This document shows positions 59,091-64,000 of a stretch of 64,000 nucleotides of DNA, one piece after another. The stretch lies in assembly GCA_035291665.1 (NCBI GenBank), contig DATDRP010000003.1, positions 84,549 to 148,548 on the forward strand, given 5' to 3'. The notes below the pieces were generated by a model. The model did not search any database and had not been told where the DNA came from. It was given only the letters and a program-made list of their open reading frames with translations. Positions within the stretch are counted from its first letter, which is position 1, and the number at the start of each line of letters is the position of its first letter. A program made the translations under genes and the position numbers. The DNA comes from Patescibacteria group bacterium. GTDB taxonomy: Bacteria; Patescibacteriota; Microgenomatia; UBA8517.

Positions 59091-60707
59091 TCATAATGAA
59101 AACAGCAAATATTTATCGTCTTCGAACTCAAAGTGTTTGTAATATTTTTTGATTTTTTCCAGTCTTCCCTCTTCCACCAGATCCTTCCAAATAAGAACAT
59201 ATTTGACGCTCTTACTTTTTATCAAAGAATCAAATTCCGGACTCGGAAAACTTTGCCAGTACAAATTTCTTACCTCGTTCCAACTTGGTGGTTCGAACCC
59301 TGAAGCCCCGCCTAATAAATGTTTTCTGTGATAAAGAGAGTAAACCATTCTTTCTGTTTCAACTGCTGCTTTTTCCCCATGCGCCCAGGAGTAAACCGGT
59401 AGTTCCAAAAGTACTCCACCGGGCAATTTATTTATAAATTGATAAACTTTCGGATAATCAGCAGTCTTTTTGAATTCGAAATAAGGAATTTTCTTGGATA
59501 GTGGAAGAAGTGCCATTATAACGACGAGAGTAAAAATAATCTTGTTTTTAATATTAACTTTTGTAGTTTTTAATAAATCGGTAAGTTTTAAGCAAAAGAT
59601 GAATCCTGCGGCAAATAACGCTGGCATAAGCCATCTTCCCGGAGATCTAAATGCCGAAAATCCAGGGATTATATAATAAAAAATTCCGTAAGGAAGAGGA
59701 ACGAAGATCTTACCGAAGATTTTGAATGTCGAACCCGCAATTTTAAGAACCGGTCCCAAGCTCAATAATAAACTTACGAGTAAAAGTATTTTCAACCAGC
59801 CAAAATCCCCATCTTTACTTTTTTTATTTATGATTAAACCCATAATCATTAGTCCTGCAAAAATTCCATCCGTTAATAGGTTTTTCAAAAGTAAATCGAT
59901 CCCCAATGAAAAGTGGGCAGCATCCCGGATAGACCTGACATAATCAAATTCATTCGATACTGCCAGATAAGCTCTTGCCGGCAGCAGCATAACTAATAAA
60001 GCCGTCATCAAAAAAAGCAGGAAATTAACTTTCTCTTTCAAAATTATTTTTACATTCCCGAAAGAAATTAAAATGATTGCCAATAATGCAAAATAAACTC
60101 CCATCGGACTTTCCCACATTTGGATTCCCCAAAAAAGTGCTGATATCAAAAGTGTCGTGATACGTCTGCTCTTGAAATATTTCCAGAAACAATAAATTGA
60201 AATCAACCACCATTGCATTGTCCACATTTGAAGATGGACAACAAATCCAAGTCTTATCACGGAAACCCCGAGTGCTAAAGAAGTAATTAATGAGGCTGTT
60301 TTATTCTTTGTTACTTCAAAAAACCAAAAATAACAAATTAAAATAGATGTAATTTGTCCGAATAAAAGTGTCGTCCCAACAGCAATATTCGGCTGGCTGA
60401 AAATCTTTACCGGTAAATAAGATATAAACCCCGAAGGAATAAGCATATCTGAATACGCCATTGTATTTTTATTCGGATAAAATATATTTCCGTTAAAAAT
60501 ATTCGCCAGATCATTAGGAATTTTTTGAACTGTCTGGTTGAGGATCCAAACAATCATTACCCCATCCCACTTTTCAGCAATACGTTTTGTCGGATCTTTA
60601 AGGATCGGCCAAAGACTCCAAATAGATACCGTAACGATGAGAAATAAACTAAGAAAATGTTTTCTGAGAAATTCTATCACTACAGGAAGTATATACTTCG
60701 GATTCAA
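59091..60707 (-). CDS. Large polytopic membrane protein (538 aa), possible membrane glycosyltransferase (family 39/83-like)
   Basis: More than 12 predicted TM helices, soluble C-terminal domain. Confidence 0.4.
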   Translation of the reverse strand: MNPKYILPVVIEFLRKHFLSLFLIVTVSIWSLWPILKDPTKRIAEKWDGVMIVWILNQTVQKIPNDLANIFNGNIFYPNKNTMAYSDMLIPSGFISYLPVKIFSQPNIAVGTTLLFGQITSILICYFWFFEVTKNKTASLITSLALGVSVIRLGFVVHLQMWTMQWWLISIYCFWKYFKSRRITTLLISALFWGIQMWESPMGVYFALLAIILISFGNVKIILKEKVNFLLFLMTALLVMLLPARAYLAVSNEFDYVRSIRDAAHFSLGIDLLLKNLLTDGIFAGLMIMGLIINKKSKDGDFGWLKILLLVSLLLSLGPVLKIAGSTFKIFGKIFVPLPYGIFYYIIPGFSAFRSPGRWLMPALFAAGFIFCLKLTDLLKTTKVNIKNKIIFTLVVIMALLPLSKKIPYFEFKKTADYPKVYQFINKLPGGVLLELPVYSWAHGEKAAVETERMVYSLYHRKHLLGGASGFEPPSWNEVRNLYWQSFPSPEFDSLIKSKSVKYVLIWKDLVEEGRLEKIKKYYKHFEFEDDKYLLFSL

Positions 60708-60769
60708 AATATTATCAAATTGACTTTTGGGCAGATAACATTCGGGTTTAGGGATTAATTATTGACTCA

Positions 60770-61630
60770 TTATCCTGATATCTTCTTCAGAGTTTTCGGT
60801 ATTTGATCCGACAAGTCGTCAGAATTGTAATTGACGCCAACCATTTTATGAAGTTCATCTGCAGCAGCTTTTATCAGATAACTTGCGGCGGCGGCGGCCA
60901 AAAAAGGATCGTTTTTCGCCAAAAGCCCAACCGTAAGACCTGCCAAAATATCTCCGGTTCCTCCCTTAGTCAAACCCGGGTTTCCGCCTGTAACAGCTAC
61001 TGTTTCCGATGGAGATGCAACATTTGTTTCCGGTCCCTTGGCAACTATAATACAATTATATTTCCTAGCCTCTGCCTGAATAAGTTTTACGTCTTGAGTT
61101 TTTAGTTTAAAAAGCATTTCCATTTCTTTTCTGTTCGGCGTTATTATCGCCCTTGGCGGTATCCACTTTGCATCCATCGTCTGCAAACTCCCCGCATCGA
61201 TTACCCACTTTTTGGACTTGAACTTGGTTAGTAGTCTTTCTGTTATTTCTCTAGTTTTTTTTCCCTCTCTATCATTTGAAATTTGGAATTTGTCATTTGG
61301 AATTTGAGATTCACTAGTGAACCGCATAAGTCCCGGTCCCATAAGAACCGCGTCTGACTTTTTAATATATGCTTCAACATCGTTCCAAGGAACCCAAATG
61401 AAAGACATTAATTCAGATTTAATATTATTAGCAATGTCGCCTACGCTGGGCTCCGGCGAACTAAAAAATACCATATCAACAATTCTTGACGCCGCTTTAA
61501 CAGCTAAAAGAGGTGCGCCATGGAAAAGCGACGACCCGCCGATAATAGTAACTTGCCCGTTTTGCTCTCCTAACGAGTTGTTTTTCGGTTTAAACAGTTT
61601 GTGTAACTCGTTTTTATCAAAGGTTTTCAT
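60770..61630 (-). CDS. nnr: ADP-dependent NAD(P)H-hydrate dehydratase (YjeF C-terminal domain / Nnr2); start moved to MKTFDKNE
   Basis: GGSSLFHGAPLLAVKAASRIVDMV; IDAGSL; GGNPGLTKGGTGDILAGL. Confidence 0.75.
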   Translation of the reverse strand: MKTFDKNELHKLFKPKNNSLGEQNGQVTIIGGSSLFHGAPLLAVKAASRIVDMVFFSSPEPSVGDIANNIKSELMSFIWVPWNDVEAYIKKSDAVLMGPGLMRFTSESQIPNDKFQISNDREGKKTREITERLLTKFKSKKWVIDAGSLQTMDAKWIPPRAIITPNRKEMEMLFKLKTQDVKLIQAEARKYNCIIVAKGPETNVASPSETVAVTGGNPGLTKGGTGDILAGLTVGLLAKNDPFLAAAAASYLIKAAADELHKMVGVNYNSDDLSDQIPKTLKKISG

Positions 61631-61647
61631 ATTATCTTGAAAATGGA

Positions 61648-61791
61648 TTAGCCCCGAACAATCACCCCATCGACGCAAACACGTAGTATTTGGGAGATGG
61701 CAAGATCTGTGCGGGGCCCGTTATCTTCCCCATTCGATACCGGTGATGGTTGATATAACTTTTTCAAATCATCGAGATCAAAAATCTTCAT
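61648..61791 (-). other. Upstream mimic ORF: 47 codons MKIFDLDDLKKLYQPSPVSNGEDNGPRTDLAISQILRVCVDGVIVRG; its first ~26 residues are a diverged copy of the Nnr N-terminus (MKTFDKNELHKLFKPKNNSLGEQNGQ); reads through element C and stops 17 nt before the nnr ATG
   Basis: Codon-by-codon reverse-complement translation from ATG 61789-61791; 14/26 identities with the downstream gene's N-terminus. Confidence 0.55.
61652..61722. ncRNA. Copy C of the structured ~75-nt element, 22 nt upstream of the nnr ATG
   Basis: Core ...CCCCATCGACGCAAACACGTAGTATTTGGGAGATGGCAAGATCTGTGCGGGGC; outer stem GCCCCG/CGGGGC; CCATC/GATGG covaries with CCTTC/GAAGG of copies A and B. Confidence 0.55.
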
Positions 61792-61931
61792 ACTAATATT
61801 ATAATTGTTATAGCACACTCAAAACAAAATGTCGTATTTCTTTGAGTTTGATATATAGGAATTCTATGTTTGTTAAACAAAATGTCAGAAGTGACAACTT
61901 GTTATAATATAACTATGTAATATTATTTACC

Positions 61932-62091
61932 ATGACATCCTCCACTTTACTTATGTCCGTGGTCTCCCCTGAGGGAGGATGGTATACCGTGCCTGCCGGC
62001 AGGCAGGTCAGAGTTCAATTCTCTCCGAGTCAGAGACTCTCTGAGTCGGAGACCTCCCCGCCCAGGGCGGGGTTTCCTTGAAATTGTTATG
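61932..62091 (+). promoter_or_regulatory. TIR promoter-cassette element T5; ends in the ATG of the 62089 gene (GGGGTTTCCTTGAAATTGTT-ATG)
   Basis: ATGACATCCTCC...GAGGGAGGATGGTAT-[CCTGCCGGCAGG]-AGTTCAATTCTCT-[CCGAGTCAGAGACTCTCTGAGTCGG]-[CCCCGCCCAGGGCGGGG]-TTTCCTTGAAATTGTTATG. Confidence 0.6.
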
Positions 62092-62412
62092 AAATATCAA
62101 AAAGACAAAATTTATGATCTTGAGGTTGAAAAACAAAAAAAGATTGAGGATCTGGTTGCGGAGGATGCTAAAAAGTTTAAGAAACAATTCATTGAACGTG
62201 CTTTGAAACTGGTAACTAGTGGATTTGGACTTGTGTCAGCTCTAGCTTGGAACGAGTTTATCAAAGAGGTGGTTGAAGTTTATATTAAACCTTTTTTTGG
62301 TAAAAATTCAGGTCTTATCTCACTTTTCATTTATGCGCTTCTTGTCACAGCGCTGGCAGTTTTCATCACCTATCAACTGAGTAAATTCGGAGGAGATATA
62401 AAAGAGGATTAG
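62089..62412 (+). CDS. Hypothetical protein with C-terminal TM helix (107 aa)
   Basis: ORF; hydrophobic LISLFIYALLVTALAVFITY. Confidence 0.4.
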   Translation: MKYQKDKIYDLEVEKQKKIEDLVAEDAKKFKKQFIERALKLVTSGFGLVSALAWNEFIKEVVEVYIKPFFGKNSGLISLFIYALLVTALAVFITYQLSKFGGDIKED

Positions 62413-62693
62413 TCTTCTGTATACCAACGTCCCTTTATATACCGACGCTTGTCTGGTGTTTCGATTTTCTTTGTTTCTGTCACTTCATTCGCTTGTCTTT
62501 GAGTCTGATCTGCCAACGTATCCCCCCGCCGACCTTGCCTTTGAGGAGTCTTTCTCGATCCGTCCGGATTTAGATGTCTAGTATTAATATCGTTGTCGTT
62601 TCTTTGGGTTACAACCACTCCTACTAACGGTAATGCAAATTCGAATTGCCTGGCTGCCTCATCCGAAGACTTTTTATTTGCTTTTGATTCCAT
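62409..62693 (-). CDS. Hypothetical basic/charged protein (94 aa)
   Basis: ORF only. Confidence 0.3.
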   Translation of the reverse strand: MESKANKKSSDEAARQFEFALPLVGVVVTQRNDNDINTRHLNPDGSRKTPQRQGRRGDTLADQTQRQANEVTETKKIETPDKRRYIKGRWYTED

Positions 62694-62797
62694 AATAGGT
62701 CCTATTTTACCCCCCTAACTCAACTTTTTCCACCCTATTCGCAAGTTTAACTGCCTAAATTTGGATCATTCTAAAAGTTATATAATATGATTTAGCT

Positions 62798-64000
62798 ATG
62801 GATATAACTGATACTGAATACCACTCCACGCCGCTTCCCAAAATTGATCCGGTAAAAATGGGCGAAACAGGTCTTAATGAAAAAATTTATCCTCATACGC
62901 AAATGCATTTGGGGTCTTTAATTCACCTCGCAATTGCAGATGAACTGAAAGGAAACAACTGGCGTGAACACCCGTATTTGGAACATTTACGAGGTTTGGA
63001 TGAGGGTCTGGCTAAAAGTGTAGAGGAAGGTGTTAAGAAACTATCCAAAGAAATAACGGTTAATTTAACTTCTAAGGAAGTAGGAAAAGAAACCATCTGG
63101 TTAAGCGAAGTCCCCTTCAGGGTCAGCGCTCAGCAAGTGGAAACAATCGAAAATGTATTATCTGAAAAAGATAAATATCAAAAGATTGCAGAAGCTCTCG
63201 GCTACAAATCCGTTAATGCTCTGGGTGTTGGGGTCCTGACCGATCCGGAATATTTTACAAAACTGAAAGATAACGAAAAAATCCTTGGAGATGAGAAAGA
63301 ATTTACCGAAATTAAAAAATTTTCAAATGCTTTGATGGGTTACTATTATTTTGACTTTAGTCACATCCACATTAAACCTTCCGAAAAACTAAAGTCCGAT
63401 AATGAAGTCCAAAGTGGAAGTGTTCCCGAATTTACGGAATTTGATATTGAAAAAATCCCAGAAAGAATTAAAAAATTAGTTGCATCAACAAGCACCACAA
63501 CCGATCTCATCGGGTTAACGATTGATAAATCCGATGACGATGCAAAAGAAACCATTAATGAATTTCAAAAATTACTAACCGAAGGTTTGAATATCAGTCT
63601 ATTGGATTTTCAAGCTTTGGGGGAAGATAAAAAGACAACATTAAACAATTTGATTTTATTAATTGAAGAAGGCAAAGTAAGCATCAACATCGCTGAAATC
63701 AAATGCATGTTTCAATCAGATATCAAAACAAGGGAGGGTTTGAAAAAGATCGGTTTTGATAAAGATACAATAACGGACGTTCATGTCAGAGATATATCTC
63801 ACACTTTATGGTCGATGTTTCAGCTGCTATCATCTTTAAAGATTTCTACTGAACAAACCACACGTGATTCAGAAAACGTTAAGATAGCTCTTCAGAAATC
63901 AGGAAATGCCGGTGAAGATAGATTTAAATTGCTGCGCGAATCCGTCGCATATACCAATCAATTTATTCAAAACCCAAATGGTGTAAAACTGGTGCGAATT
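62798..64000 (+). CDS. Hypothetical protein, 5' partial (runs off the window with no stop, >400 codons); not in the ORF track
   Basis: Open frame from ATG 62798 (MDITDTEYHSTPLPKIDPVKMGETGLNEKIYPHTQ...) to the window end; TATAAT 12 nt upstream. Confidence 0.5.
   Translation, partial: MDITDTEYHSTPLPKIDPVKMGETGLNEKIYPHTQMHLGSLIHLAIADELKGNNWREHPYLEHLRGLDEGLAKSVEEGVKKLSKEITVNLTSKEVGKETIWLSEVPFRVSAQQVETIENVLSEKDKYQKIAEALGYKSVNALGVGVLTDPEYFTKLKDNEKILGDEKEFTEIKKFSNALMGYYYFDFSHIHIKPSEKLKSDNEVQSGSVPEFTEFDIEKIPERIKKLVASTSTTTDLIGLTIDKSDDDAKETINEFQKLLTEGLNISLLDFQALGEDKKTTLNNLILLIEEGKVSINIAEIKCMFQSDIKTREGLKKIGFDKDTITDVHVRDISHTLWSMFQLLSSLKISTEQTTRDSENVKIALQKSGNAGEDRFKLLRESVAYTNQFIQNPNGVKLVRI

Overview
This is an AT-rich window with small, densely packed genes that reads like a Candidate Phyla Radiation (Patescibacteria)-type bacterium. 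It has an ATP-dependent DNA ligase, a PilB-type ATPase, Trx/Dsb redox genes, rRNA genes loaded with introns and intervening sequences, and a 16S with a 515F-site mismatch. The rRNA genes are unlinked and all lie on the minus strand: 16S (27182..28822), then about 14 kb of genes and tRNAs, then tRNA-Ala, 23S (8693..13465) and 5S (8303..8422). The 23S carries a LAGLIDADG group I intron at the L1917-equivalent site, a second ORF-less insertion at the L2593-equivalent site, and two families of repeated intervening sequences. One family sits exactly at the classical helix-25 and helix-45 sites. Flanking regions hold ordinary housekeeping genes (radA, rpsA, nrdR, trxA/trxB, dsbA/dsbB, pth, pcm, ligase, Fic, Nnr dehydratase).

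Four things stand out as unexplained structure:

1. A conserved structured element of about 75 nt occurs three times. Two copies sit about 22 nt upstream of minus-strand genes (radA and the NAD(P)H-hydrate dehydratase). Each of those is preceded by a divergent, recoded copy of that gene's own first 21-27 codons, which reads through the element and stops just before the real start codon. Compensatory base changes (CCTTC/GAAGG versus CCATC/GATGG) support an RNA fold.

2. A five-member family of modular inverted-repeat elements (ATGACATCCTCC ... GGAGGATGACAT, with interchangeable perfect hairpins) always ends in TGTTATAAT or TTGTT-ATG right at a gene or tRNA start. They look like portable promoter/start cassettes.

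3. An intact tRNA-Ile(GAU) is nested inside two concentric pairs of tRNA half-fragments.

4. The accessory block between about 15.6 and 25 kb contains a HerA/DUF87-type ATPase, a displaced four-helix-bundle (rRNA intervening-sequence-type) protein, a consensus-promoter sRNA candidate, a 747-aa anchored beta-propeller protein with two micro-peptides, and two ORF-free regions over 1.4 kb. It is bounded by unusual G-depleted CCTACAACC-type low-complexity tracts.

Secondary observations include in-frame (GTAAGA)3 microsatellites inserted three times into the DNA ligase gene and several att-like partial duplications. None of the family or fold calls could be verified with tools here. All rest on reading the sequence.
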